From a virus (lineage: Duplodnaviria; Caudoviricetes), in IMG/VR virus record IMGVR_UViG_3300046007_010469, positions 1 through 62,642 of that record: 62,642 bases of DNA, one strand, 5' to 3'. Shown in pieces: positions 47,023 to 57,213 of the stretch (its first letter is position 1; each line of letters opens with the position of its first letter). The position numbers were made by a program, and so were the translations under genes. The notes below the pieces were generated by a model that did not search any database, was not told the origin of the DNA, and saw only the letters and a program-made list of their open reading frames with translations.

Positions 47023-48117
47023 ATGTGGAAATCTGTACTAGTGCTCATTTTATTACCTACTATAGCACTAGGAGAAGTTGGTGCAGTAACTGAGTTTTCA
47101 GGTAATCCAGCACAAGCAAAAAGATCTGAAGAAAGCTTCATAGTTGAAATGGGTTTTACGGTAGAGATGCTAGACGAACTTATTACCGCTAATACTAGAA
47201 TGGGATTAACTTTTGAAGACGGGTCTAGGGCAGAGATTACTGAGCAGAGTGAGCTAATAATAGACGACTTTGTATATGACCCTAATAGCGGTGCGGGAAA
47301 AATGAGCATGAAAGTAGCTCTTGGCACGGTTCAAATGGCTTCCGGTCGTATTGCTAGAACTTCTCGAGAAAATGTAAGTATTAAAACTCCTACTGCAAGT
47401 ATTACGGTACGAGGTACTAGTTTTTCTATGACTGTGGATGAACTTGGTAGAAGTCTTATTATCAACCTACCTATTGACTGCCCGGACCCTGAACTAGAAG
47501 AAGATGAGTGTCCTAGTGGGGTAATTGAAGTCAGTACTGACGCCGGGTCGGTAACACTAAATAAACCTTTCTTAGGTACTATGGTTAGTAGTTCTAGCCT
47601 ATTACCTGCAGACCCGAGACGATTACTTTTAGACGGTCGTAAGATTGACAACGACCTTATTATTGTGCCGCCTTCAGAGTTTCCTAGAGGCTTCTCTGAC
47701 GAGGATGAGGAAGAGGAAACATCTACAGCACTTGATATAGACCTTCTAGAGTACCAAGAACTGAGTCAAGACTTTTTAGACCAGGATTTTCTAAAAACTA
47801 GTGCATTAGATATTAACAGACTAAAAAACGACTATCTAGATAACTTGCTAGATATAACAGCCCAAAGTTTAGACAACGAATTAGATGAAGAAGGGCCTGA
47901 CGTATTACCCAATATTAAACGTTTTCCTTGGATTCAGTGGGCTTATAATGAAGAATTTATTTTACTAGATTCTGATAGACCACCACATATTGCAGTTTTA
48001 ACTGTAGATAGAGACACACAGGGAACATTTGCTCTAACACAAGATGAGTACTCAGCTACTGTACAAATTAATAGTGGGGGGACTGATGTGAGCATAAAGG
48101 TAGTTCAAAAACAATGA
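47023..48117 (+). CDS. FecR-domain protein
   Basis: F.DGS...I.E.S.L.ID.FVYDP, TPTA.I.VRGT.F. Confidence 0.85.
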   Translation: MWKSVLVLILLPTIALGEVGAVTEFSGNPAQAKRSEESFIVEMGFTVEMLDELITANTRMGLTFEDGSRAEITEQSELIIDDFVYDPNSGAGKMSMKVALGTVQMASGRIARTSRENVSIKTPTASITVRGTSFSMTVDELGRSLIINLPIDCPDPELEEDECPSGVIEVSTDAGSVTLNKPFLGTMVSSSSLLPADPRRLLLDGRKIDNDLIIVPPSEFPRGFSDEDEEEETSTALDIDLLEYQELSQDFLDQDFLKTSALDINRLKNDYLDNLLDITAQSLDNELDEEGPDVLPNIKRFPWIQWAYNEEFILLDSDRPPHIAVLTVDRDTQGTFALTQDEYSATVQINSGGTDVSIKVVQKQ

Positions 48118-49229
48118 AAGGAATTTTAAAAACATTAGCAATTATGATTACAATGGCTTGGGCTACGGTAGCGCAGGCCGGTATATTAGATGGTAAGTTT
48201 GGTACAGGTCAAATGTTTGACGTCCAGTACTACTGGAGCGGAAACGATTTAGTTGCCAGTAGCTTCACGCGAGTGTTCTCTAGCACAGGCCAGTTAACTG
48301 TGCAGGACTATACAGATATGGATGCGAATAATAGATACTTTGCATTTTTTAACTCAACTACACATCCAGGTGAGTACGGATTGGCTGTATATAATAGCGA
48401 TGGTACAGTGAATAGAACACTTCATACTAGAGGAACTATTACTGCGATAGGTAATGATGCTATCTTTTATCTAGGCAGCGGATTTTATGGTACCGTGATA
48501 CCGACAACTCAAGGATACGCTTTTGGAGACAGTGCTACGTTTACAGGGATGAACCAGTCGCCCACAGCCAGTGAGATAAGCAACTATAATGCAGGTACCA
48601 CACCTCTTGCACCTGGTCAAAGCGGTGGTGGTGGGCCTACCCCCGTCTACATAAGTTCAATTACTACAGCTCAAACTACTACAAAAACTGCTGCTCTTGC
48701 AACTACTACAGGCAATAACGCTAACATTACTATACTAGGAAACGATAACGAAGTGGATATTAGACAGTTAACAAATGGTAATTATTTAGATCTCAGTATA
48801 GACGGAGACGAGAATATTGTAGACATAGAACAAACTAGCACTACTCTAGCAAGACACTTCGCTGAGATAGATTTAATAGGAGATAATAACGAGTACACTA
48901 TGCTACAAAGCGGAACTGCTAAAACAGCTTTTATCTCTTCTGACGGCAATGAGAATATACTTAGCATTATCCAAAAAGACGGTGGAGAACACTACCTTAG
49001 CCTAAACAATATTGGAAATGAAGCTGAGATTACAATTTTACAAGAGGGTGCAGGAAATCATAGTGCAACTCTAGAGCTTGAGAATGGCGGCGGAAACTGG
49101 GTATTTAACCTAACACAAAGTGGAGCTACTAACTACTTATATAGCTTACCGCATAACCTTACCGACAATACAGTAGTTACGGGAATCTGTTATACTGGCA
49201 CTTGTAGTATGACGATTGTACAACAATGA
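48114..49229 (+). CDS. Secreted protein with C-terminal curlin-associated repeats
   Basis: Signal peptide; G.DN.V.I.Q repeats. Confidence 0.7.
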   Translation: MKGILKTLAIMITMAWATVAQAGILDGKFGTGQMFDVQYYWSGNDLVASSFTRVFSSTGQLTVQDYTDMDANNRYFAFFNSTTHPGEYGLAVYNSDGTVNRTLHTRGTITAIGNDAIFYLGSGFYGTVIPTTQGYAFGDSATFTGMNQSPTASEISNYNAGTTPLAPGQSGGGGPTPVYISSITTAQTTTKTAALATTTGNNANITILGNDNEVDIRQLTNGNYLDLSIDGDENIVDIEQTSTTLARHFAEIDLIGDNNEYTMLQSGTAKTAFISSDGNENILSIIQKDGGEHYLSLNNIGNEAEITILQEGAGNHSATLELENGGGNWVFNLTQSGATNYLYSLPHNLTDNTVVTGICYTGTCSMTIVQQ

Positions 49230-49564
49230 ATTTTTTACTTAGTTTAGCTACTACTATGCATTTAGGTTTTGAGGGTGAGTACAATAGTATTCACCCTCAT
49301 ACTCGTTTTGAGAGTAATGATTATGCTATTGGTGCTTACTTAAACAGTGAAAATAATATTAGCCCTTACATCTCGTACAGCCTAAAAATGCAATCTTATA
49401 GTTTAGAATTAGGTTTAGTAGGAGGATATAACATTCCTGCAGTTCCCTTACTACGTTTAGGCAAATCTCTCTCTAAAGACGTAGATATTTTTATTACGCC
49501 AGGATTTGAGAATAACACAGAAAACCCCAAAATAGTTTTGGGACTTGAATTTACATTGAGGTAA
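49226..49564 (+). CDS. Small outer-membrane beta-barrel-like protein
   Basis: YNSIHPH, GAYLNSE, LVGGY. Confidence 0.55.
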   Translation: MNFLLSLATTMHLGFEGEYNSIHPHTRFESNDYAIGAYLNSENNISPYISYSLKMQSYSLELGLVGGYNIPAVPLLRLGKSLSKDVDIFITPGFENNTENPKIVLGLEFTLR

Positions 49565-49566
49565 AG

Positions 49567-51600
49567 ATGATACAAAAAATACTAACCAGCGCCATTTGGA
49601 GTATCGTTACTCTAGCATTAATGGTCGGAATAGCCTATCTGAATCCGTCATTTATTGAAAGCGTAAAACTCCGATATTTTGACACTCTAATTACGTCAAC
49701 TCCCAAAATAGAAAATAATATCTATACCGTAAACATAGATGAAGCAGCTATTGAACAGTACGGTCAGTGGCCTTGGTCAAGAGATATATATGCCAATATT
49801 ATAGAAGAACTTTACGCTAGAGAAGCTGGTTTAGTAGTTTGGAATATATTAATGTCCGAATACGACAGAAGCGGTAAAGATTCTTACTTAGGGGATACTT
49901 TAGCGCAGTATCCGGTAATACTAAATATACTAGGTGCAGAAGAATCTAAAAATTCTGCAATAAATCCCGGGGCTGCAATAATTAATTCTGAGTACCAAGA
50001 TTTAATACTCTCCTATCCAGGAATTATTGCAAATATTCCTGAGTTAGAAAACCTAGCTTCGGGTAGTGGTATTGTTAATACGCTACCAGAAATTGACGGG
50101 GTCACACGTCGTGTGCCGATGGTAATCTCCAGTGGGGGCACTCTGTATCCTAACCTTACTCTAGAAACACTTCGAGTTCTTGCTGGAGACCCAAGTTTTC
50201 AGATTAAGCTTTCTCCCCTTGGAGTTGACCGACTGCGTATTCCTCAGTTTGGAGAAATACCAACTGACGAACTCGGACGCGTATGGGTCGATTGGAGTCA
50301 AAGTAGTAAAAGTGTTTCTCTCACTAATCTTCCTGATAGTTTTGGAGGTGCGATAGTTTATATAGCGCCCACTGCAGCAGGATTAAATAATCCTATTGCA
50401 ACTGCTGCTGGAGGTGTTTGGCCTCATGAATTGCAGGCTGCACTTCTAGGTACAGTTTTTAATCAGAGTAATATTGAGCGTCCCGCTTGGGCATCAGGCG
50501 CAGAACTAATTTCATTAGTACTCGGGGGTATTCTCTTAATCTTCTCAGCACGCTGGACCTATTTAGGATTAGGAGTTTTTGTACTACTGCTTGCTAGCAC
50601 TGTAGGCGGTAGCTGGTATGTTTTTGTGGAATATAAGTGGCTACTCGATGGTGTTACGCTTACGGCATCGTTCATTCTAATCGGTCTTGTACGATATGCT
50701 GTGAAGTTTATTTCAGAGTACCTACAAAAGTTAAAAATTAAAAAGCAGTTTGGCGGATATGTCTCTCCGCTTGTCATTGAACAGTTACAAAAAAACCCCG
50801 AGCTTGTCAGCCGGGGCATTAAACGCGATGTTTCTATTGTAATGACAGACTTACGAGGTTTTACACCACTAGGAGAGTCATATGGGGATGACGTCCACGG
50901 TCTCACACAGATTATGAATGACTATATGACTGCTATTTCACAACCTGTACTTGACGATGGAGGCACTATTATCAAGTATATTGGCGATGCAACTCTACAC
51001 ATTCATGGAGCGCCTCTCACTGATGAGCATCATGCAAAGCACGCCGTTGCAACTACGTTGCGAATGATTAAAGCGGTCGAAGAGTTTAACACTGAGCTAG
51101 ATGCTATCGGTAAACCACGAGTAGCAATGGGAGCAGGTATCAATACTGGCCCTGCTGTTATTGGCAATATCGGTTCTAAGACTCGATTTGGGTATGATAT
51201 ACTAGGAGATAGTGTTTCTACCGCGGCTCGATTAGAGGGTCAGAGCAAGCCCTACGGAGTCAAGATTGTTATTGGTGAGAGCACCGCAGAGCTAGTACGA
51301 GATGACTATATCTTATTAGAACTCGATAAAATTGCGGTAAAAGGCAAGACAATTGGACTACGCATGTATACCGTAGTTGCTGAAGGTAGTCCTGAAGCTG
51401 TTCAAAAGCACGAAGAGATGTTACAGCTCTATCGCGCACGTGAGTTTAGCAAAGCTAGTGTCGCGTGTGTGCTGCTCAAAAATGAGTTTGGCGGTGAAAT
51501 GCGTGACTACTATAAAATGTGGATGTCTCGCTGTGAAGAAATGCGAAACTCTAGTCTTCCCGAAGACTGGGATGGAATTTATCGAGCCACTTCTAAATAG
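49567..51600 (+). CDS. CHASE2-domain class III adenylate/guanylate cyclase
   Basis: GQWPW, DGVTRR, 3 TM, DLRGFT, KYIGD, GDSVSTAARLE, VKGK. Confidence 0.92.
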   Translation: MIQKILTSAIWSIVTLALMVGIAYLNPSFIESVKLRYFDTLITSTPKIENNIYTVNIDEAAIEQYGQWPWSRDIYANIIEELYAREAGLVVWNILMSEYDRSGKDSYLGDTLAQYPVILNILGAEESKNSAINPGAAIINSEYQDLILSYPGIIANIPELENLASGSGIVNTLPEIDGVTRRVPMVISSGGTLYPNLTLETLRVLAGDPSFQIKLSPLGVDRLRIPQFGEIPTDELGRVWVDWSQSSKSVSLTNLPDSFGGAIVYIAPTAAGLNNPIATAAGGVWPHELQAALLGTVFNQSNIERPAWASGAELISLVLGGILLIFSARWTYLGLGVFVLLLASTVGGSWYVFVEYKWLLDGVTLTASFILIGLVRYAVKFISEYLQKLKIKKQFGGYVSPLVIEQLQKNPELVSRGIKRDVSIVMTDLRGFTPLGESYGDDVHGLTQIMNDYMTAISQPVLDDGGTIIKYIGDATLHIHGAPLTDEHHAKHAVATTLRMIKAVEEFNTELDAIGKPRVAMGAGINTGPAVIGNIGSKTRFGYDILGDSVSTAARLEGQSKPYGVKIVIGESTAELVRDDYILLELDKIAVKGKTIGLRMYTVVAEGSPEAVQKHEEMLQLYRAREFSKASVACVLLKNEFGGEMRDYYKMWMSRCEEMRNSSLPEDWDGIYRATSK

Positions 51601-51677
51601 TGGAGCCTCTGGCAGGATTCGAACCCACAACCCTCGCGTTCGAAGCGCGATGCTCTATCCAGTTGAGCTACAGAGGC
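51601..51677 (-). tRNA. tRNA-Arg(UCG)
   Basis: Cloverleaf; CCA. Confidence 0.92.
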
Positions 51678-51681
51678 AATT

Positions 51682-51759
51682 TGGTAGGGCATACGGGTTT
51701 CGAACCCGTTATCTCCGCCTTGAAAGGGCGGCGACCATCGCCAAGTAGTCCTATGCCCC
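51682..51759 (-). tRNA. tRNA-Glu(UUC)
   Basis: Cloverleaf; CCA. Confidence 0.92.
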
Positions 51760-51764
51760 AAAAT

Positions 51765-51841
51765 TGGTTGTCCCTGATAGATTCGAACTATCGACCCCAG
51801 TCTTATCAGGACTGTGCTCTAACCAACTGAGCTAAGGGACA
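51765..51841 (-). tRNA. tRNA-Ile(GAU)
   Basis: Cloverleaf; CCA. Confidence 0.92.
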
Positions 51842-51846
51842 ATATG

Positions 51847-51922
51847 TGGTGCCTGAGGTTTGAATCGAACGAACATCTCCTGCTCTTCAGGCAGGCGCTA
51901 AGACCACATCAGCTACTCAGGC
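51847..51922 (-). tRNA. tRNA-Phe(GAA)
   Basis: Cloverleaf; CCA. Confidence 0.9.
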
Positions 51923-51927
51923 GTTAT

Positions 51928-52003
51928 TGGTGAACCGGGTGGGAGTCGAACCCACGTTGACACGGATTAAAAGTCCATCGCTAAACCGCTCAGCTACCGG
52001 TCC
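51928..52003 (-). tRNA. tRNA-Lys(UUU)
   Basis: Cloverleaf; CCA. Confidence 0.9.
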
Positions 52004-52224
52004 TAAAAAGGAATTTCTTCGTCTTCGGGCTGATCACCATACAACTCATCCCACTCTTCGTCGGTCATACCCGTCAAGATAAACTCTCTAGCACTGGCCG
52101 AGAGCTGGGGAAAGGCATATTGAATTAGCACCCCGCTTTTCCAAGCATCAATCTGTTCCTGGGTGATAGGCAAATCACGTCCACGAGTTTCACCAGTAAA
52201 CGGAGAGGTACGAACAACAATCAT
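52003..52224 (-). CDS. Conserved phage hypothetical protein
   Basis: IQ.AFP.LS...REFILTG.T..EWD. Confidence 0.7.
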   Translation of the reverse strand: MIVVRTSPFTGETRGRDLPITQEQIDAWKSGVLIQYAFPQLSASAREFILTGMTDEEWDELYGDQPEDEEIPF

Positions 52225-52475
52225 TTCTGATATCCTACATTTTTGAGCATACGAGAGGTGGAAGTGTTAAGAAGGATTTCTGCACGAGGATAGAAGCACT
52301 CTTTTAAAGTAGACGATGACTGGATGAGTTTGCGTTTATACTGTCGCTTAAACCGAGCGTTCCAATCTAGCACAGTTTGCTTATCTTCATGTTTATAAAC
52401 GAGCCACCACCACTCTCGACGAGTGTTTGGAATTTCATCACAGTCAGTTCCGTGCGTTTCGTATAAGTAGTACAT
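52221..52475 (-). CDS. Hypothetical protein
   Basis: GAGGT RBS. Confidence 0.55.
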   Translation of the reverse strand: MYYLYETHGTDCDEIPNTRREWWWLVYKHEDKQTVLDWNARFKRQYKRKLIQSSSTLKECFYPRAEILLNTSTSRMLKNVGYQK

Positions 52476-52490
52476 CTATACCTCATAGTT

Positions 52491-52574
52491 TGGTGGGAGT
52501 GAAGGGAATCGAACCCAACATGAGTTTCCTCGACGGAGTTACAGTCCGCTGCCTCACCTTGAGGCGTCACTCCC
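52491..52574 (-). tRNA. tRNA-Tyr(GUA)
   Basis: Class II cloverleaf; CCA. Confidence 0.9.
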
Positions 52575-52620
52575 AATAAGCTAATATCGCATATTACTAA
52601 GTATTGAGCAAGGCTGATGT

Positions 52621-52696
52621 TGGTAGTGCTAGTAGGACTCGAACCTACGACTTACAGAATATGAGTCTGCTGTTCTACCAGCTGAACTATAGCACT
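52621..52696 (-). tRNA. tRNA-Met(CAU), elongator-like
   Basis: Cloverleaf; CCA. Confidence 0.85.
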
Positions 52697-53106
52697 CCGA
52701 GAACCTCGTATCCGTCTAACTGAGATTTGTAGTGTTGATGTGGACCAAGATAGTAATAATCAAATCCACGAGACTTATAAAGCGCACACTCGTGATAGTT
52801 AGCAATCCACCCTAACTGAAGGCTAGGATTGTGATAGGTCCAGGCGAATTGATACCCCCGCACACTGTTACTGTCTAGAAGCTGTACTAGAGTGAAAGCT
52901 TCTAGCACTCCATCATCGTAGTATCCAACTGTCTCCGCGTTATCAATATCAAAGTCAAAAAGTGGTTCCACTGAAAGAAACTGTTTATGCGCACAGTATC
53001 TAGCATAGATGTCTCGTAACTGTGACTTATTTGGGTTAGTGATGATTCGAGCCTGTGAGTAGAGAGGATAGTTTGTGCGGCTCAGCACTACTCTACCGTA
53101 CTTCAT
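52687..53106 (-). CDS. GNAT-like / arginyl-tRNA-protein-transferase C-terminal-like protein
   Basis: QFAW.Y.NP.L.LG...E....K..G..YYYLG...YK. Confidence 0.5.
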   Translation of the reverse strand: MKYGRVVLSRTNYPLYSQARIITNPNKSQLRDIYARYCAHKQFLSVEPLFDFDIDNAETVGYYDDGVLEAFTLVQLLDSNSVRGYQFAWTYHNPSLQLGWIANYHECALYKSRGFDYYYLGPHQHYKSQLDGYEVLGVL

Positions 53107-53771
53107 CGTACGAAGAACCCAAGTCTAACTTCGTTAGAATACGGATTAACGTCAGACATATCAGTAGAATTTGGAATAAATCGATAACCTTTAGTGTATA
53201 GATTTATTAGTTGTTGTCCATCAGATTTCCAGACTGGAATATACTCATTGTATTGTGAGTAGATGGACCCATCAGGATTGCCCGATGCACGTAGATGAAT
53301 CTCTATTGGCTTATCACCTTTAAACTCAATATTTATATATCGTACGTCTGAGAGTACGTTTAATATAGCAGGAACCGGTGGAACATACTCACTACGAGTC
53401 CAGCGAGTAAACTTAGTTAAATTCTCGGTAGAATTCATTCCCTGCCAACAAGAAAGAGGTTTCCAAAGTGGCCGAACACCATGATAAAACTCATACGTGG
53501 CGCTATAGTGAGGCGCGTCAAAGTACTCACACCAAAAATATCCCGGAGGGACGGAACTACGATCTCCCGCTTCAATATATTGCAGCCGAGCCCCTAGACC
53601 CATACCAGCTAAGTTATAAATCGGACGAACAATATAGTTATCACTGCGAGGAGGAGGATAACCTCCTGGACCACATAGGTAGTTAAGACAATTAGCTAGA
53701 TAGAGTTTATTAAACCAAAGTCTGTGTTGAGGATATCTATCCCAAAGCTCCCACTCGTCTAAGTCTTCCAA
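53103..53771 (-). CDS. ATP-grasp-like phage protein
   Basis: NKL, YIVRPIYNL.GMG, INIEF.G...IEIHLR. Confidence 0.55.
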   Translation of the reverse strand: MEDLDEWELWDRYPQHRLWFNKLYLANCLNYLCGPGGYPPPRSDNYIVRPIYNLAGMGLGARLQYIEAGDRSSVPPGYFWCEYFDAPHYSATYEFYHGVRPLWKPLSCWQGMNSTENLTKFTRWTRSEYVPPVPAILNVLSDVRYINIEFKGDKPIEIHLRASGNPDGSIYSQYNEYIPVWKSDGQQLINLYTKGYRFIPNSTDMSDVNPYSNEVRLGFFVR

Positions 53772-53785
53772 ACATACTCTCCTTT

Positions 53786-53869
53786 TGGAGGTCGGTGCGT
53801 GAATCGAACACGCTACTTTTCAGTGCTATGGAGTTGCAGTCCATCCCCTTACCATCCGGGCCACCGACC
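53786..53869 (-). tRNA. tRNA-Cys(GCA) with extended variable arm
   Basis: Cloverleaf; U73-CCA; ~14-nt variable region. Confidence 0.85.
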
Positions 53870-54007
53870 ATGAAAAAACCCCTCCAGTGATACTGAGAGG
53901 GGTTTAGCGTTTGCATAAACAATACTAAACTGCTCCCAGCCCTAATAGCTGTGATACATCTCAATAAAAGTTTTGCAAATAGTACGCATTGTTTTCTCTC
54001 TATACTA

Positions 54008-54082
54008 TGGTGCGCAGGGAGGGACTCGAACCCCCGACAGCTTGCGTGTAAAGCAAGAGTTCTACCGCTGAACTACCCGCGC
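54008..54082 (-). tRNA. tRNA-Val(UAC)
   Basis: Cloverleaf; CCA. Confidence 0.92.
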
Positions 54083-54088
54083 AAAAAA

Positions 54089-54165
54089 TGGCGACCTATG
54101 CCGGGCTCGAACCGGCGATTTCCTGCGTGACAGGCAGGCGTCTTAAACCACTCGACTAATAGGCC
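54089..54165 (-). tRNA. tRNA-Asp(GUC)
   Basis: Cloverleaf; GCCA. Confidence 0.92.
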
Positions 54166-54293
54166 TTACTTTAACATTCCAGCTGCAGCCCCTATGAATA
54201 CGGCTGCAGCTCCTGATACTAGTACTGGGTCAGACTGTACTAACTTACGTTCTTCCGCGCAACCGGCTAAAGCCAAAAGCACTAATAGCGCTC

Positions 54294-54734
54294 TCATTTT
54301 ACAAAATCAACGTTATAGCGTTTACCGTCAATCCTAAAAGAGGCAGTTGAATGGCTATACTGCTGTACGCGTTCGTCTCTATATCGAACAACTTCAGAAC
54401 ATTGACGCTCGGTACGATAACCTACAATTTCATTACGCGTGCTGCGAGAGGCAGCATCCGCACCTGCAATCGCGCCGAGAACGGTCATTGCGTCTTTGCC
54501 TTTACCCTCTCCAAACTGATTACCTAAAAGACCGCCAATAATAGCGCCAGCTACAGCATCACCTGTTGAAGCAGGTTTTTGAGCATAGACGGGAACCTCT
54601 ACATTCTGACACTCTGTTGCACTAACAGGAATAGAAACTGTTTTTGTGGTATAGTGGTCTGTAATTGTAGCAGTAATTGATTGACTATCAGCAATAGTTG
54701 GAAAGAACATTGCAAAGACAATTACATATTTCAC
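54294..54734 (-). CDS. Glycine-zipper 2TM domain protein
   Basis: GAIIGGLLGNQFGEGKGK.A.T.LGAIAG. Confidence 0.85.
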   Translation of the reverse strand: MKYVIVFAMFFPTIADSQSITATITDHYTTKTVSIPVSATECQNVEVPVYAQKPASTGDAVAGAIIGGLLGNQFGEGKGKDAMTVLGAIAGADAASRSTRNEIVGYRTERQCSEVVRYRDERVQQYSHSTASFRIDGKRYNVDFVK

Positions 54735-54753
54735 GGCATTTCTCCAGTATGGG

Positions 54754-54844
54754 TGGCGGAACGTATTGGATTCGAACCAATGGTACCCTATTCAGGTACG
54801 ACGGTTTAGCAAACCGCTGCCTTAAACCTCTCGGCCAACGCTCC
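54754..54844 (-). tRNA. tRNA-Ser(GCU)
   Basis: Class II cloverleaf; GCCA. Confidence 0.92.
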
Positions 54845-55405
54845 TTATTTCTTAGCTAGAATACTCAAACCCCAATTATGTGTAAAGTGTTCTTTTAAAT
54901 ACCAGTCAGGATTTGTTTCTAAGAATTCTAGAACAGCTGGACCTAATCCCTTGTATCTAACTCCGTTAGCATCGTATTTTTGGCCGTGCATATCTTCTCC
55001 AAACTCTTGAAAAAATTCAGTGTCGTGAAGAACGATATACTTACGAACCTTAGAACCATGAAGTGCAAGCTCTTGTTTTAGCTGGTCATAGTAGTGTGCT
55101 GTGTCAATAAAGAGTAGGTCAGTTTCTTCAATGGAGACATCTAACACATCAGCTTTAATAAAAGTTAGCTCTACATTATGAGCCTTGGCATACTCTTGTG
55201 CTTGTGTCAACCTATCTACAGGAGGGTCGGCAATATCATAGAGAACTAATTTTTGTGGGTAGGATTCTAGCCAAGCCCACACCGAAACTACGTTTCGCAC
55301 TCCCATCTCTGTAATATGCTTACAGTGTTTAGCATAGTCATGCATAACTTGCAAGTGTTCGTTAATATCACCGGGAGTTGAGATTAAAAGTTTAAGTTCT
55401 GACAT
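54845..55405 (-). CDS. Class I SAM-dependent methyltransferase (Methyltransf_24-like)
   Basis: EMGVR..VS, DLLFIDT.H, LHDT. Confidence 0.8.
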   Translation of the reverse strand: MSELKLLISTPGDINEHLQVMHDYAKHCKHITEMGVRNVVSVWAWLESYPQKLVLYDIADPPVDRLTQAQEYAKAHNVELTFIKADVLDVSIEETDLLFIDTAHYYDQLKQELALHGSKVRKYIVLHDTEFFQEFGEDMHGQKYDANGVRYKGLGPAVLEFLETNPDWYLKEHFTHNWGLSILAKK

Positions 55406-55422
55406 ATGGGTTCCTATCTTTA

Positions 55423-55514
55423 TGGCGGGCAGAGAGGGATTCGAACCCCCGGAACGCTCTCACGTTCGTCGGTTTTCAAGACCGATGTAATAAACCAGAC
55501 TCTACCATCTACCC
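55423..55514 (-). tRNA. tRNA-Ser(UGA)
   Basis: Class II cloverleaf; GCCA. Confidence 0.92.
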
Positions 55515-55802
55515 TTTATTTTGCATTTTAGCAAGTTGTTTTTGAAGTCTGCCAATGGTAGCTAGCAACTTCAATTTTTCCTGTTGTAGCACAAAGTTTT
55601 TTACTTGTAAATTAATAGTGCTAGCCAGGCATACAATATCTTTATTCTCGTGTGACGCTTTTAGAAACCCTTTATATACCGCTACAGCTAAAGTTTTATA
55701 AACCTCGTCTTCGTCAACCTCTATCATACCAAAATCTGTGGGTTCTATATCAGCAGCTCTAGCTAGATTAATCAGTTGTTCAAGAGTTAGTTTTGTAGTC
55801 AC
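55509..55802 (-). CDS. Hypothetical protein
   Basis: AAGGAG RBS; GTG start. Confidence 0.6.
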   Translation of the reverse strand: MTTKLTLEQLINLARAADIEPTDFGMIEVDEDEVYKTLAVAVYKGFLKASHENKDIVCLASTINLQVKNFVLQQEKLKLLATIGRLQKQLAKMQNKG

Positions 55803-55818
55803 ACAAATTCTCCTTTTT

Positions 55819-55895
55819 TGGCTCCCCCGGCTGGACTCGAACCAGCGACACTCTGATTAACAGTCAGATGCTACTACCAACTGAGCTACAGGGGA
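55819..55895 (-). tRNA. tRNA-Asn(GUU)
   Basis: Cloverleaf; GCCA. Confidence 0.92.
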
Positions 55896-56028
55896 ACTGT
55901 ATTTTTACGATAATCTTCATATGTGAGGTAGATAAACATGCCAATAAATAACCCTAACATATTAAACTGCAGCAGTCCAGCAGAAATTAAATCTGCACAG
56001 AGGGCGCACGCTAAATAGTCGTACCATT

Positions 56029-56490
56029 TTAGAGGTTGTCCATGCGGAGAAATATGTGGTTTTTCCATGTTCCTACCTCTTCGTATTGCCTAGCCCAACG
56101 AGGCTTATGAGACACGAGTTTTGGATTATAGTAATGTGTAGCTCCCATATTGTAGAGAGGAAGACTACCCTCAAGTAATCCCCACGCTATCATACGGGCC
56201 ATAAGCCACGAGTACTCGTCTCTCGGCGTATGGTCATCTATTAAATGCGTCCAGGAAAACTGATAGGGTTGATATACAACACCACAAACAGAATTTGGAA
56301 ACTCGTCTAGACGCACTCGATTTAATGTTACTTCCCCTACTAGTTGCATACCTTGAAAGCCTTGATTGCGAGCTTCGTGATACATATTTAGAGCAAGTGC
56401 GCGTACTTGGCTGTCAAAGTTACAGGCACCGCCTTTGGCCCCTGTCGCACCTGCAATTAGTAGTAGGGCTACTAATACAGTCACTATCAT
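56029..56490 (-). CDS. SleB/CwlJ-like cell wall hydrolase
   Basis: LA.N.YHEAR, NRV...FPNSVCGVVYQ..QFSW, H.F. Confidence 0.9.
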   Translation of the reverse strand: MIVTVLVALLLIAGATGAKGGACNFDSQVRALALNMYHEARNQGFQGMQLVGEVTLNRVRLDEFPNSVCGVVYQPYQFSWTHLIDDHTPRDEYSWLMARMIAWGLLEGSLPLYNMGATHYYNPKLVSHKPRWARQYEEVGTWKNHIFLRMDNL

Positions 56491-56502
56491 TCATTTTCCT
56501 TT

Positions 56503-56586
56503 TGGTGCGGGTAGAGGGACTTGAACCCCCACGCTAAAAGCGTCAGAACCTAAATCTGATGCGTCTACCTGTTTCGCCATACCCGC
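56503..56586 (-). tRNA. tRNA-Leu(UAG)
   Basis: Class II cloverleaf; ACCA. Confidence 0.92.
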
Positions 56587-56592
56587 GAAATG

Positions 56593-57213
56593 TTATTGGT
56601 ATTTTAAGAAGTTTTCTCTATGTCGCCTATAATAGAGTAAGCCCTCTTGATGGTAGGAAAGCGTAGCACCTCGCTTACGCATTTGATTCCATAAGTACCA
56701 GTCTTCGTTTGGTTGTTCTGTGCCGTATCGTTCAGGCTGATAACCAATTTCTTGTCCAAGTCGCGTACGATAGAGCATCGAACCATGATGCGCAGCAGTT
56801 CGCTTCCAGTATAAATCACCTTGTAGAGGAGTCAAGTTAGGAGACTCTAGTTTAGGAGGGGCAATGCCTTTTAATTCTCCAGTTACAACAATATCATAAG
56901 TAACTATATCAGTAACTGGAGGGCTAAGAACTTCAAGTGCGTCAGACCTAAGCCAGTTATCGGCCCCAAGAAACATGACGTACTCTGATTGCACTCTCAT
57001 TAACATATCTTGAAAGTTGTTAACAGTACCAAGATTACGATCTCGGAGCACGTATTCTACTTCTGGATACAGCGCTGGAAGATGAGTGCAGTCACCTATA
57101 CCATCATCTACAAATAGTATGCGCTCAGGAGACTTTGTCTGACTAAGAATAGATTCTATACAGTGGGCAGCTAAGTGTCCATAACGATAAGAGGCTATAA
57201 CAACTGTAATCAT
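56593..57213 (-). CDS. GT2 glycosyltransferase
   Basis: VVIASY, FVDDG, ADNW, EDW, YYRRH. Confidence 0.85.
   Translation of the reverse strand: MITVVIASYRYGHLAAHCIESILSQTKSPERILFVDDGIGDCTHLPALYPEVEYVLRDRNLGTVNNFQDMLMRVQSEYVMFLGADNWLRSDALEVLSPPVTDIVTYDIVVTGELKGIAPPKLESPNLTPLQGDLYWKRTAAHHGSMLYRTRLGQEIGYQPERYGTEQPNEDWYLWNQMRKRGATLSYHQEGLLYYRRHRENFLKYQ

Noticed and set aside
51377-51830. Short ORFs across the tRNA cluster (also 52367-52576, 53737-53964, 59802-60095)
   Set aside because: They coincide with tRNA or ncRNA genes
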